Origin: the human T2T-CHM13v2.0 reference genome, Homo sapiens
Length of the DNA: 64,000 nt
Assembly: GCF_009914755.1 (NCBI RefSeq)
Contig: NC_060942.1
Direction: 5' to 3' (one strand)
How positions within the stretch are numbered: the stretch's first letter is position 1; the number at the start of each line of letters is the position of its first letter. Under the pieces are notes generated by a model. It was not told the origin of the DNA and made no database searches. It was given only the letters and a program-made list of their open reading frames with translations. Positions 28,841 to 43,714 of this stretch are shown in pieces. A program made the position numbers and the translations under genes.

Positions 28841-31800
28841 TGTCAATGACAAATGTTACCTTTTGTCACTCAACACAGTGATGGGATGTTACCAAGGTTG
28901 CAGCATATGGCTGCATAAATTGCATACAGCACAGCTGGGGATGGGGGTGGCAAGCTGACCTTGTGTGGTGCAGCAAATCTGTTGCTTTGCTATCACTGAT
29001 GTGCAGTTAGGCAATGTCCTTTAACTTGAATATACCTTAACATAAGCATAATAAGAAGACACCAGAGAAAAATCACGCTTTCCAACATGAACTAGAAATA
29101 AAGTTATTCATATATTATTATTATTATTCTCCAATAAGACAATAATTGAAACCATGGAAGCCATATATATTCCAGAGACATGTACATAGGCTGACTACAT
29201 ACATCATCTACACTTTAGATAGGCCATTTAAAGTAAAGTAAAGTAAAGTAAAGGATTCTAGCAATTTGGAGGAAATGATGAACTTCTCCATACAAAATGC
29301 TCACACCTCTCAGCTTAACCTGCAGCTTTCAATTTCCGTATGGCCACTTCTCACCATCTGCTTATGTTGGCACAGGGTGGGAGGCAATTCACTTCATTCA
29401 GGGAGGCATCCTACACTACACTTATGAGCAAAGACCTGCAAGTCAAGTGAAAGAAATAAGGAGGGGGAAATGAGCCCACAATGAACACTTCACTGGGTGG
29501 CATCCTATGGGCAGTCTGCATTGACAGGTGTTTGTCTAGCAACCTCCGCCCATGGCAGCTTTTCCTCTGACTGCTGAAGGGGTTTGCTTCCTTTACCCAA
29601 ATCTGTGTCAGGAAAAAACTCCACTGAAGTATGGTTATAAGTTTCATCTCCCAGACAAATAAACAAGCAGCCTATATTCCAGCAGACCAGATCTGAGTAT
29701 GATCAACTGGCGCTGGCAAGAGTGCCTGTGGCCAGAATGAGTGGTACCTGTGTAAGTCAGAGAAGTGGCTTTGGGCAACAGCAAGAATGTTAAAAGGATG
29801 TTGCTTGCAGGAAAATCATTAACTTCATATTTGAGGAAACCTTTTGGATGTTTACTTAGGGAATGAGATTCAAAATTCGGGCTGCTATTGCTTTCTTATT
29901 CTCCTTACACTCTGTATCCAGGTTTGGTCCAATTTCAGAAAATGTCCTTCCCATTGCTTTGAATTTCTGTCTAGTTTCCTTCTACCATAGCATCTTTAAC
30001 CAGAAGGAAGCCATCTTCTCTTACTATCCCACTTTCCGCCAGTGTGAGCTTAGAAATGTATTGTTCTTTTTCTCCCTCTCCCTCTGTTTTTCTCCTCTGG
30101 GGAAGCTTGGTAGGAAAAATCAGCGCTATAAATTGCAAGTTTTCCTGCTAAGATCCTTGGCGTATAGCTGGCTGCTACTTCACCTTTTTAAAAACATGAT
30201 CAACATCCTGTGTCCTGTTAGAATTAGGTAACTTAAACTTTTTATCAAGGTTGATTTTTGTTTAGACCCTGGGAATGGCTCTGCATCATGGCATATATGC
30301 AAAAACAAAAAACAAAAAACAAAACCAAAAACAAACAAACAAAAAATCCTGAAGAAATAAATTGTGGAGACAAATGTTTATAAGTACAAATATGAACTCT
30401 GCAAAAAGGATTGGAATCCAGTGGCAGGTAGATAAGCTGTAAGACTGGACCCATAAGTAATGGAGGACTGTACCGAAGAAATGTACTCTGTACCCCAAAG
30501 CTTATAAAATAATTGAACAGGGGATGTGGAAAGGGAATCTGATATTGGCAACACAGCGTGTCTCTCCTGTGAGTTACTGGAAGTTTGAGGTAACTGATGA
30601 CAATTCTGTCTGCCCTGATACCGACATTGTTGTTTCTCATCAGCTCCCTCCTCAGGACCCCCAACTATCTCTCCACTTTCCAGCACAGATGTCTGTATTT
30701 CTGGGCACCAGGTCCTTTGGAAATAACACTTTAGCACCTTTTAAACATTTGCTTCACTACTGAGTAGTTATTTGCACATTATTCTGTCTTCCCTCCTAAC
30801 GAGAATTCTTTAACAGTCAGACTTGTTTGCTCAGCAACTACCCCAATGCCAGGCACAGAGTGAGCGCTCAGTAAACCCTGAATGAATAAAACAAAAGGAG
30901 TGGAAGAAAGCCTATCAGCTTGTGGGCTCATTTTTGTATCTCATAAATAAATGGATACTCCAAGACTTGTAAAAGAGGAACATTATGCCCTTGGGATGCA
31001 GGAGGAATCACACATGATTGTGTTAGATTAGATTGGGTTGGTTAGAGGAAAAAAAGAATTTGGCCTCAGAAAGCTATTTTCTTCAATGTGGGAGTTTGAT
31101 GTAACAGAATCCCGCCTTTGGATATTCCTTATTTGGTTTCGGGTACTGATAACAAAAAGGACAAGGAGAAAGATATTTAGAAATGGTTTAAAAGATATTC
31201 TGTCCAAGCCACCTCGCCTCTCCCATCTCCCCCTCGACCTCGTTATTTTCCGTCCTCCAGGATGATCTTTCTAACTTCCAAATCTGATCATGTCCCTTCC
31301 CTGCACAAAACGGTCTCTATTCCCTTCAAAATGACGACTAGGACCCTTGCGCAGCTTGACAGCCCCTCGTGATCTTGCTGTGAACGCCCTCCACCCTCAT
31401 CCCTACTCCCTTCTGCTGCTCCCTCAAACCTGGGCTGCAACCACCAAACGACTTGAAGTTTTCCTTACCCACCCTGGCTCCCTGTTCTTTACGACTTTGA
31501 GGATGGTGCTTACGTCCTCCACTTAAGCAATGCCCTTCCCTGCCTACACAGCTCCTACTCATCCTTCAAAATTTAACTGCTCCTCTGCCCACCATCTCTC
31601 ATTCACTTTTCACACTGAGCTCTGTCCAAATCTAGTAAGGCTCTGCAATTGTCTCCTACACTCATTTCCTTCCTTCTCATCCTCTCTTCTCCCACTGTGG
31701 GGTGACCACGGTTACCCGTAAGGACAATACACTTTCTGCTTTACACCCCGTCCACTGCTTGTCAATAACAAGCTTTATAATCTCCCAATACTATAAAAGC

Positions 31801-34800
31801 TGAACCACATGAAGGAACCCTGGAGCTGGTTCCCTAGGGATGTTGGCCACCATGCTGCTGGCTGTGAGACATGTGATTGCTCACCTATGTCAGCACATAG
31901 ATATGGTGAGGGAGAAGGATCTGACACCTGACCCACAGTCCCCTACATCCTCATGGGTGGCAATATTTTACCACCTACATGGGGTATTTTCACTTTACTT
32001 TAACATTTCTGCTTAGTCTAAGAAATCTCCCCCTCCTTAATTGTGTTTTTCAGAAAACCAAATGGGTTATTACATTAGTTCTGAGCAATGAGAGGGAAGC
32101 AATCCATACATATGGAGTGGCAATTAAATTAAACCCTAGAATTAGGATATAATTCCCAAGTGAAAATGAGCTGAAGGAGAAGTCTAATAGGAATGCCTCA
32201 ACCTCTCAGTTGGCCAACAGACCCCTAAGGTGTCCGTGGTACTCTGAGATTTTTCTTCTCACACTTTGCAACATTCATTTGTGGGCTTGTCTTTCCGCTC
32301 CACCAAGCTCTCAGAGAATAAAGTGAAGTGCATGTCTGCCTTCCCACTTCCCAGCACAGTAGCTGCCTAGAGCACAGAACCTCAATACCAGCATTGAATT
32401 TCACAGTGAGAAAGTTATTTCCATTTCCATTCTCTTTTAATCCTTTTAGTTCAGGCAGAGCAGAAAAAATTGATTGTGTATTTTGAACACCCCTTAACAT
32501 TTGTTTTTCCTCCCTCTTAAGCAGGCTTCAGTGGGCACAGTATCTACCTGGAAATGAGTAACTTGCTTTGTTTTCCTTGTTCTTTTTTTAAGGTTAATTT
32601 TATCCCAAATGGCAAGGCAAATGGAAGTAATATCGAGTTGCTTTTAACAAATGTATTCAAATAAAACTAAGTCTATTTGTGGAAAACTATTAAGTTAAAA
32701 TACAACATCAGTAGAAATGGACCTGGCCAAAATCATGATGATGCTATATAAAGGATGAGTGTTTAGAAAACACTGGCATACAGTAGGTGCTCAATAAATG
32801 CTCATTTGATGGATAAATGAATCTCTCTTCCATCTTCTCTCTTCTTTCAATTTCTATAAGTTTCACAATAGATCTGGCTTGGCCTCAAATTTGTATTACT
32901 GTACTTGTCTCATATTCTGAGCTATAGTACTGTATCTGCTTTCTGCTCGGCCCCCACCGTGCATTAGCATGACCTACTCATAAATGTGCCATGTTTCTTT
33001 TAGTTTAGCTTTAAAGACTAAAACTAAAAGACATTTTAGTTTTAGTCAGACATTCAAAGTCCTCCAGAAGCTGGCTCCAATCTATCTTTCCATGTGTATC
33101 AGCCCAAGTTCTCATATATAAACTATGCATATATTTGTGATTTCTAGACTGGACACTAGGGAGAGTCTTCCTGGCCTTGAGCCTTCCTCTCAGTGGGAAG
33201 CCCTCAGAATCCTACAGACCTTTTAAGACTCATTCAAATCCTGCCTCCATGAAACCTTCGCTGAGAGTGATCAGCTCTCTTAATTCCAGCTGAGAGTGAT
33301 CTGCCTCTCTTCTGAGACCCAGAAGCACTTTGCCTGTGAGGAAACATTCACCATGTGTACACTGTGTTTAAGATATTCCTTTAGCGCCCTGTACTCTCTT
33401 TTCAATTGCACGCTCTTGGAAGGCAAGAACCAGTTCTCATACATCTTTCTATCTCTAATCTTGTTACTGACTGAATTAAATAAATGAATGGAGATATTTG
33501 GGGATGTACTGGAGGGAAGGAAATATGGAAAAATCAATGACCTGCTTACAGATGCTACCTGAGCTGAAGAAATGAACAGCAAACCCAGTAGAAAGTGAAG
33601 CTCACTGGGAACATGAACGTGGTAATTGACTCAATTAGATCACAGAAACCTACCTCCTTTTAATAAAGGATATGCAATCGTATTTTTAAAAATATTTTTC
33701 AAAAACCATTATTTGTAATTAAGTCCAAATCCCTCCATTTTAGAAGCAGGAAAATTGAGATAACATTACAAGCATAATGTATGGACACCCATGGATTTAC
33801 GTATGACTAGCACAGTATTCATGCTGCAAATATGCATGGGGAAAATGGTCCTAGGGTTCTTTTGCAGCAGATCTTTTAAACCTCAGATGAATCACACTAT
33901 AAAATTCTCTTAACCTTAGACACAACCACAAACAATAAGAGCCATATTTACAGCACGTATTTCACTCCACTGGGTCTAATATTTGTTGGATGTTTTATAG
34001 GAAGAATGGAGAAATCTAAGATGTCTGTGAGTTTGTTAGGTTGACCATTCCTTTCAGGGGGAAGTGATAGTACCATGAAAAACATTTTAGAAGATCCTCC
34101 TACAATAGCTGACTCTAACATTTAATTTGTTGTTTTGTTTCATACCAGATGCCTCATTGGAAAAATAGCAATATTGAAATGGCAAAGGCAGCAATGTTAG
34201 TAACATTAGTGTTTCTAGAACTATTCTGCAAAAAACAAAGAGACACTATCCTGGGGCTGAATACTGGCCTGAGTGAGTCTCTTTTGCATGATCTCCTAGA
34301 GAGATGGGTTACTTTCGTAAGGAAACATCATTAATCAAGCCTAAAACTCTGGGCTTAAGGAAAAATTTTCCTTCCTGACCCTAGTCTAGTGAGAATTTCC
34401 TTCTGTTCCTTTTACACCATCAACAGAATTGAGAAGATGCACTCTCAGGAGCATTTACATTAAGTGGGGATAAATCCCCTAAGTAACCAATGGCTGTGAA
34501 TGATAGCATGTTAGACTGATCTCCTTTTTCAGGAGATTACCCAGAACAAGGGCCAAATAGGGCATGTAGCACTGCTCCACAGCCCACCAAGGGCCAAGCA
34601 GTGCAAGATCAGGTCTAGACGAGTTTTGATGGCTCTGTGGTCAATAGTGGCGATGTGGTAGGTGGCACTAAGGAAGTCTGCAAACACTATGGCAATGCTG
34701 GCTTGGCTTCAGAATGACATAACCCTTCAGGGAAATAGAATTTTAGAAGTTGGGTTTATTCTTATGGGAGTCCTTAAGCCTGGGGTTAAGCCAAGACAAA

Positions 34801-35406
34801 ATGTAACCCGTGGGTTTCACCTAGTCCCGTCCCAGAGCCTAAGTCTATGGAGTTGAACTGTAACAGCATTGATCATCGGCATTCTTGGACTTACCATTTG
34901 GTGGGTTTTTAGTGATGATTAAAGAATCTATTCAAACCAGGAGAAAATGCTCCTGATTTCCTATAGTTTAACCACTTAATGAATCAGTGTTTGAGGGACA
35001 CACAGCCCTCATAATTAAAGCAAGGCTGTTAAGATTAAATATTTTATTTTTATAAAGGAATATAATTGATACAAATGTTAATTGATAATGTTTGAAAATG
35101 CTTTTCACTCCTTAAGAAACCTTAAGATCACTCCGTCTTTCAAGACTTACTTTGGATCTTGCTCACTTACATCTTGTACATAAAATATAAAAGTAATAAA
35201 AGCATGTACCCCACTCATTTGGCATAGTAGATACATTTTCTGGACTACTGAATATGCATGGCTTTGTAGGGTTTCTAAATAGAAACCTTGGCCCTATTAT
35301 TCATTATTATTATTATTATTATTTTAATATCTATTCCATTTTCTCTATCTAGTTCTTACCCTGACATTAGAAAAATAAACCAGGATAGTTGAAATGTACC
35401 TGAATA

Positions 35407-35840
<434 letters not shown>

Positions 35841-36926
35841 TCATTACTTGGTAACAAGGAAACATCTAAAGAAGGCTATGGTAACTCTCCCTCTTTCTTC
35901 CTTAGTTCAAGGTTTTGCCTTTTAAAAGTTATTCCCATTGCCCCTCTGGAAATTTCGAATCAATTGTTTGTTAAAAGTTTTAATGAGACAATGCGATAGG
36001 CCCCAGCTAAGCAGTGAATTTCGAACTAGAAAAGGACCATAAAAATAGCCATGTCAGAAGATCCCCAAAGTGTGTTATGTGGATCTCTAGTCCTGAGAGA
36101 TATTCTGTGAGAAGAGGTTTGGCACAATGTGTTTGGGGGAAGCTGGTTATCATAATCCTCACTTAGAGGTACAGCATGCCTTACTCTACAAAAGGGTTCG
36201 AAGTTTTGCAAAGAAAGCTTTTGAATGGTTTTACCACAGCATTTTGCAAAACAGTCTGGTCCTTGAACCCTTTTGAAGAGTACCTCTAGCCATTGCTTGA
36301 AATGACTGCTATGACTGTTCTGCAAAACATACCTGAGGAATTGCAGACCAATCCCAAGTCCCTCCTTTTATAGATTAGGAAACGGAGTGTGATTCACTCT
36401 CCTTTCACCTAATCCGTAGTTTACTCCCAAGAATCTTGGGTAAGTGTGGATAACAGGCTTTTGAAATTGATGTAAACTTAGTCCATCTTTATAGTAGAAA
36501 AGAACTGAACTACATCTCGGAAGTTTAGCTGATTTATCCAAGGTTACTAATTAACCAGGGTCTAGAAACCAGAATGTCTTCACTTCTGCTTTGTCCTTTG
36601 CCCATCAGAAAAATGCTGTTGTCATGCTATGGGAATGCTTTTCAGAAATTATTATAGCTTGCATTTTGCTTTATCTTATCTTGAGTCTGTTATTTTTTTC
36701 TCTCAGTATAGTTGAAGTCCTTTCACAAAATTCCACCTAATCCACTCACCAGCTTAAGGGACACTCTTTATTCCCCCTGAAAACACAGTCAGGCTGCCTG
36801 AAGTACAGGAACTCTCACACCAATAAGCTATTCTAGAGCTTTTCTAGACGTTTCCTCAAATCTATTTATGTTAGTGTAATTTGAAATTATAATTACGTAA
36901 TTTAAATGTTACAAAAAGTGCTGAAA

Positions 36927-37230
36927 TATGAGTGCAGAAAACAAGAGTCATTTTTCTAAAAATAAAATGGTAAGCTGTGTAAAGGTTGGATAGACATGAG
37001 CTGTTAAGGTTGCTGCCAAAGTAGCTGTGGGTGAGACCAATGTAAATAATTGGAAAAATGGTGAAAATTTAGAAAGATTCTGGACTCAAATTACTTTGCA
37101 TGTCTACATTTAAATAAACTGACATTGGAATTTATAGATAACACACCATGAGTGTGGTTTACGCAAGAAAGAGAACTTGGAACTCCAATCAATAGATTCC
37201 TTTAAAAACGACAACCACCTTGTTTCTTCA
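36927..37230 (+). mobile_element. Degraded Tigger/pogo-type transposase remnant
   Basis: Broken-frame peptides VGETNVNNW and VWFTQERELGTPI resemble CENP-B-type HTH domains. Confidence 0.5.
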
Positions 37231-37269
37231 AGAAAACATTAGCGAATGAATATACGTTTGTATTTTAAA

Positions 37270-37518
37270 AAAACAACAATACCGTAATAGTAATACAAAT
37301 AAAATGCAATTCAGTATAGCAACAATTTATGTTGTATTAAGTATTAAAAGTAATCTAGAGATGATTTAAAGTATATGGGAGGATATGCATATGCAATTAT
37401 ATGTAAATATTATAATACTATACGATTTTATATTGGGGACATGAGCATCCATGGATGTTAGCGTCAGTGGGGGCAGGGCGGGGGTCCTGGGACCAATACC
37501 CCCCAAATCGGGTGACTG
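37270..37518. mobile_element. MER2-type Tigger MITE fragment
   Basis: aagtaatctagagatgatttaaagtata...gagcatccatggat...ggggtcctgggaccaatacccc...gactg. Confidence 0.8.
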
Positions 37519-40500
37519 CAGTTTACTTCCTGATACAGTATTAGGAAAACCAAAGCACTACAGTAATATATTCTACTCTATTTGATCTTTCCTAGCCTAT
37601 ATCCTCTTCTGTTTCACTTAAAAATGCTGGCCATGAACACTAAATTATTTCTTGAACCTCAGTTTATAAAACAACGTATAAATAATGACTGGTGCTACCA
37701 GAAGGTTCATATCTCATCCTACCAACTCCTAGGGTCAATACCTGGTGTGGCAATAGAAATACCCAGATAAAATATGTAAGGAAACTATCCCAGATCTCAT
37801 GCCTAAATTCCAAGCTGGGGAAGACAGCAAGCCTGTAATAGAAACCTCCAGTGTAGGCTTGATTCAGGCTGGAGCTGATGTGGAGGATGAGTGACCTCAG
37901 AGAGCCCCTCACTTCTTGGCTAGAGGAGGAAGGAAGAGGTGAAGATTCCCCAGCAGTTGTAAACATGCAGGAAGAGGCATGTGGGTGGGCATGGAGGACA
38001 CAGGTACACCCACTTCAAGATCAAAGGCTGTGGAAGAGACCACAGGTGTCATCAACAGTTGATCATATAGAAGACTCGAAGGCCAGGCTACCTCTCAGCA
38101 GGTGCCAACGACCAGGAGGGATGAGCCACAGATCAGAGGCCAGCGAGGCCAGGCTGTGAGGACGTAACCCATTCAGGATGCTCAGTGAGCCTCCCAGCAG
38201 GATGGAAGAATATTCAGTTTCATCAAATATTTATCTAAAAGAGACAGGCTTCATGGCAGCACAATTCTGAGTTCTATGTGTTGACTGTAATTGGAGCCTT
38301 AAGAGCTAGGTCTAACTTAGTTGTAGAAACCAATAAAAAGTTATGCCCCTGCACATATAATCTGTGACTGTAAATTTTCAACCTGCTATACCTGCACTGA
38401 AAAAATTTTTGGCATAGGAAAGCAATGTGCAGTTCCTGCTGTTATTTTTAACAGTCATTCAGTGCCAATGTTCTAGGCATTGTACTGAACAGAGTAGGAC
38501 AGAATTCCCTGTTCACTTGGCTCATGGGCAAAATGAGAAAAACACAATATACAAAGAGACAGTGTAATGGGGGAGAGGGATATATGCATGATTATGAATG
38601 TGGCATATTTAAGAGGTATAAATAATCTCATGATATATTACTTAGAGGTAGTTGCCATATAGGATTAAAAGTATGCACTCATAGTTTAATAGATTAAATA
38701 TCTCAAAAATAGTGCATAACTATAGAATTTTGCTCTTAAATTTGGCGAGCTGTGATTCAAGATCCTCATCAGTACTCTTGAAAAATTACTGATTTCTGGC
38801 CCCCATTCCTAAAAGCCTGGGGTTTGGCCTGGTCATTTGTATTTTCAGAATGTTCTCTTGATGATTCTGATGTGCAGTTCAGGTTGGTGGCCACTGTCAT
38901 AGGAGGCCATGTGTGTTTTTAATAGATACACTATTTATGCTTGCTTATAAGTTTATCTGCCACTCTTAAGAAGAGTGAAATAAACCATTTAGGCTAACTC
39001 ACAAATATACTTTTTCTCCATAAGAAAACATCCTTAAACATGATAAGATTAGCAGGTAACATCCAATTTTGCACTGATTATAATACATTTTTAGTAAACT
39101 ACGTGAAAAGTAATAAACCTACAAAAATGTGTTTGAAGTATCATGCCAGGGGTAACATGTTCCTAAAATCTAGACTAATAAATATGAAGAGGCAAAGGCT
39201 TGCATATTTCAGTCTGTAAAATGCTTACAGCACAGTAATAGGACCCCTCATTCATCTTCTTCTCTACTGTTCTGGTCACAAGGTATAGTTTGTGTTTTGA
39301 AAATCCTAGCCTGGGTTGCTGAAATCAGTAGAAACAAAGCATACTCTATAAAAATATGGTGGTGATATTTAGAATCACAAGTTAGAAATGAACTTTTCTC
39401 TACATTGGAAAATCTAAGGAACAGTGATAATTTTATACCAAAAATTACCTGAGTGTTTGTTGCCATGACAGCCTTTAGTGATAGGAGGCAAAAGGTGGTA
39501 AAAGTAGTTTCTGTCCTAAACAGTTGAAACCAATTGCTGAAGATCTTTCCTAAGTGAGACTTTCTACCATAGGTAAGAAAGATTGCTTAGGGTCATGGCC
39601 TACAGGTTTTTAAGCACCTAAGTTCCCTTATTCAAGACTCAAGATCCCAAAAACAAAGTGATTAAAGTTAAGGTTTCAGTCTTTGACAATAAAGTTAACC
39701 TGCACTTTTGTATCACATTAATGCCACTGGTCATATTGTGAACCATTAACTGCAATTTGTAAGTCTCAAGCTGTGTTCCAAAAGGGACCGACTGTCTAGT
39801 ACTAACACCCAAGAACACTGGATACTAATTTGTTGATATTATTGATTAGGGTTCTTTTCTTGCTTTTGATTTTTTTATTAATTAGTGATGATAATTACTT
39901 TTATTTCACTGAGATAGTGGTTAAAATAAAAACTCTTTCTCTCTTTCTCTTTCTCTTGATTCTTCAAATAAATAGTGCAACAGTCAATAGACGGAAAATT
40001 CTTTGAACAGCAGGGATCATATACATGCTCTATTTTTGGTGTCTTTCCAGTGTATTGCACACCACTGGTTGGTTGTTGTTGACTGCCCATCTTAAAAGAC
40101 ACTTTCAATGAACTTCACCTTTCTATTTACCTAGAATTCTGGAAAACTCCATATTAGATTATTACCTACATAATTTTCTCTTGCCTAGATAATATGTTTA
40201 AGCAATTTTGAGTTTTTGAGAAAAAATACACTCCCCACAACCTATTTTTAAGTCAATTTAAGTTCAGGAATCACACAGAAAAAACTGCAGCTTTCTTGAT
40301 CTAGTGTCATTTCTTATGGGTTCAATGAGAAGTTCCTGAGAGTGTCCTTCCGAGAAGCATAGGAACAGGAAGTCATCATTTGCCATTTTTTTCATGATTA
40401 AAAACTTTTACAAGTTAATAGTTGGACTACGAAAATGAATACCTGCTGTCGGCTATCTAGTATCCCTGGCTAATATTAAGGAATAATGAAAATATCCTCT

Positions 40501-42231
40501 TTCCAATGAGCATGTGGATTATCACATTATTATTCAAATGCTAAAGAGAGTCACAAAAGCAGTGATTTGGAGTTTTATCTTACTAAACTGAGGATAGCTG
40601 TCTCCCTACATCTCCATTTTCCAAGTAGTGAGAAGGTAATACATTTGATGGCAATTTCTGTATTACTACTATTATCCACTGCAGAATGAGAGGAAATTAA
40701 GAGAGAGAAATTTGATGATTTAAGACAAAGCATGGAGAGTGATGTCTGGATTTAAGGAAACAAATGAACAAGTAGTCTGAGACCAAAATTTTCATCCATT
40801 AAAGCCTGCTGCTTCCTATAGGCCAAATTCAAATTCAATAGCCATTTAGCTAGGACAAAACAGAAACATTTGGGTAGGTGACCTCAGGTGAAGTGAAGTT
40901 TTTCCATCTTCTTAGTGAACTCCAGAACAATGAAAACTGAAAATGGCTGCTTGGCAAAAGGGCAAAATTGGCGATTCGGAATCATTGCCATCTGCTAGTG
41001 CCTGCCTTTGCGGTGTCCGGGGGAAGTTGATTATGGAGCTGTATTTGTAGCAAGCTTCAATGGAGTGACTCACCTCCTTTCTTGGACAAAAATAAAGGGT
41101 TGGGAAGGGATACCTCATTTTCTAAATATATAAAAATATTGCAGAAAATTAGAATAGGAATCTTTCTGATGACATCAACAGTGTCTAAAAAAAATGAGCC
41201 ACCAACAGAGAAGGCTGGGTGGAGGTGGGACAAGATTTCTATAAAACCTGTAAGGATCATTGCTTGCTGGGAATTAGAAGGAGTCATAGTTCTAATCCTG
41301 GTTTTGGCCCACGAACTGCTGGAGGATAAGACATTTAAACACTCTAGAGTTTAATTTCTCCAGCTGCGAGTTGAGAAAGCCTTAGATGAGTACAAACAGA
41401 GCAAATTCCTGTTAGAAAGTTTTAGATGGTAAATGCCTATCAGGTAAACTTGTGTTCTCCCTGAGGACAAAAGCGTTGACTGGGCACCTACTTCGAGCCA
41501 TGTTTAGGGTGCAGTTTTTGTGCAGTTCTTTAGGATGAAGTCTGGATCTTATACATATTTGATTACTTTTTGCACAGTAGTTGGCTTATCAACTGTAATC
41601 AATAAAATTTGTTGAATGAATTGATTTTGCATAAATTATCTCAAATGAATTAAATAAACCCTTTTTCTGAGGGTAAGGGAAGGGAATAGAGGTATTAGTC
41701 ATGCAAATAAATCAAGATTGGATCTTTATTTAAAGAAAGTTTCTTCTTTTCCCCTCATAATTGGAACTTTCATTTTATATGATTATCAGGAGAAATGTAT
41801 TCCCTAGACTCTGTCAGTAGATGGATTAGAACATTTGGAATAACTAGGAAGTTGTTTGCTCATTTTCAAGTTGTTCAGTGACTAGAATATATCTCATTGT
41901 GGGGTGTGTGGTGACATGGTATGCTCTAGCTAATTGAATCACCCAGCAAGGGCATTACATAAATTTTCAATCCTACAGAAAAGCAATCCAAGTCAGTTTT
42001 CTAATGAGCTGATTGATGGCTCTTTTGTGAACTATTTAGCAGGAACTGAAATAAACAAGACTTGATTCCTTTTACTGAATCATAGCACTTCTCCTTCCTC
42101 TCTTATTGCAGCTGGGCTGCCAAAGATGTGAATTGATACATCTACTTAGCTGCTATAGGCTCAGCATGTGCCAGAGGTTGAATATTTACTTAATGTCAAA
42201 TTAGCATACAGCAGTGAAAAGTCACTCAATG

Positions 42232-42387
42232 GCAGTTGGTTATCAAAGTGGGTCCCTGGGCCCACAGCAGCAGCATCACTTGGGAGCTTGTTAGAATGCA
42301 AATTCTCAGATTCAAGTCCTGTCGAATCAAAAATTGTGTTTTAGTAAGCGCTTCAGGCTGATATGTGCTGAAGTTTTGAAACTGCTG
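42232..42387. mobile_element. MER5A hAT-Charlie MITE
   Basis: cagttggttatcaaagtgggtccc...cagcagcatcacttgggagcttgttagaatgcaaattctc...ttttgaaactgctg. Confidence 0.8.
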
Positions 42388-42589
42388 ATGTATGGTATTT
42401 AATGCCCCAAGAAACAACAAAGGATTTATTCTTCTTGACTCATTTATATTTTGGAAATAAAGTTTGTTACATATTAATCTGTTCTTTATGGATATCTAAA
42501 CTTTAATAAACCAAAATAAGATTTCTTGTGCTCCCAACAACTCTAATGCTTTACCTCATATGTTTTGTTGTTTTAGGTGAGACAATGTC

Positions 42590-42970
42590 AATTCACATCA
42601 ATAACTGTTGTCAGAGCACCTACTGTGTTAAGTTCTGTGGGGGAAATGCAAATGAAGGAAACTCGCTCTTTTCTTTTAGGGTCTCACAATCTAGTCGGGG
42701 AGACTGACCTAATATGAGGCCTAGTGTGCGAGGTTTATTCTCCCAGGTACTATTACTTATTATGAGCCTATTATGAGATGGGAACTAGTCTAGGCACTGG
42801 AGATAGCTCAGGGAACAAACCAAATACAAAGCCCTTCCCTCAGGGAGCTTACAGTCTAGTGGAAGAAACAGAAAATAAACAGAACGAACATGTTAGAAGA
42901 ATAAACATATATTTAAATATATAAATACATAAAATAAATATCTGGCAGGTCACAAGTGCTCTGGAGAAAT
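42590..42970. mobile_element. L2 LINE 3' fragments
   Basis: gagcacctactgtg and aggcactgggagata...gggagcttacagtctagtgg motifs. Confidence 0.55.
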
Positions 42971-43427
42971 GCCAAACCAGGGAGGTGATAGGGGCGTGCC
43001 TCTGATGGAAACATATGGAACTGTGGGAGGCTGGTGTGTCCACAAGCGTCCTGACTTGCTGAGGCCTCAGCTCTGTGGCTGGGTAGGTGAATTTGACCAA
43101 GTCAAATTTTCTTTCCATGTCTTTGTTTCCTTGGTTCTAAAAGAGTCTGAGGTGGGGCTAATATTGTGATTTGAAAAAGTCCTTTGGTGACTGTGTAGGG
43201 TTGGGTGTGGTGGGAAGCCAAGCTGGGGGAACTCTGTGTTTCCTGCTCCATCCAGAACCATAAGCTATTTATAGATCAGCCCTTTGGTGTAAGTTTTTGT
43301 TTGAAAAAATGTTTTCCACAGCTGAAGAAAAAAAATAAACCACTGAACTAGATGATCTCAGGTTTGTACCAGTTGTGGTTCTATAGTCTTTACTTCTTCC
43401 TTAGGATTCCTTAGTGGGAAGAGATAC

Positions 43428-43714
43428 TTTGTTTTTTGTTTTGTTTTGTTTTTGAGACAGGGTCTCACTCTGTTACCCAGGCTGGAGTCAATGCAGCCTC
43501 GACCTTCTGGGTTCTAGTGATCCTCCTGCCTCAGCCTCCTGAGTAGCTGGGACTGCAGGTATGCACCATCACACCTGGCTAATTTTTAAATTTTTTTGTT
43601 TTGAGGGGGTCTCACTTTGTTCAAGTGGTCTTGAACTCCTGGGATCAAGCAATGCTCCCACCTTGGCCTCTAAAAGTGTTATAGGATTACAGACGTGAAC
43701 CACCATGCTCAGCC
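43428..43714 (-). mobile_element. AluJ
   Basis: Reverse dimer with (TTTTG)n tail; aagagata repeated at the flanks. Confidence 0.9.

Noticed and set aside
33260-33310. Short direct repeat gctgagagtgatc with period 29
   Set aside because: Only two short copies. An ordinary micro-duplication, not an array or CRISPR-like structure.
37469-37491. G-quadruplex-like GGGGGCAGGGCGGGGGTCCTGGG
   Set aside because: Single motif inside a MER2 remnant with no supporting context.
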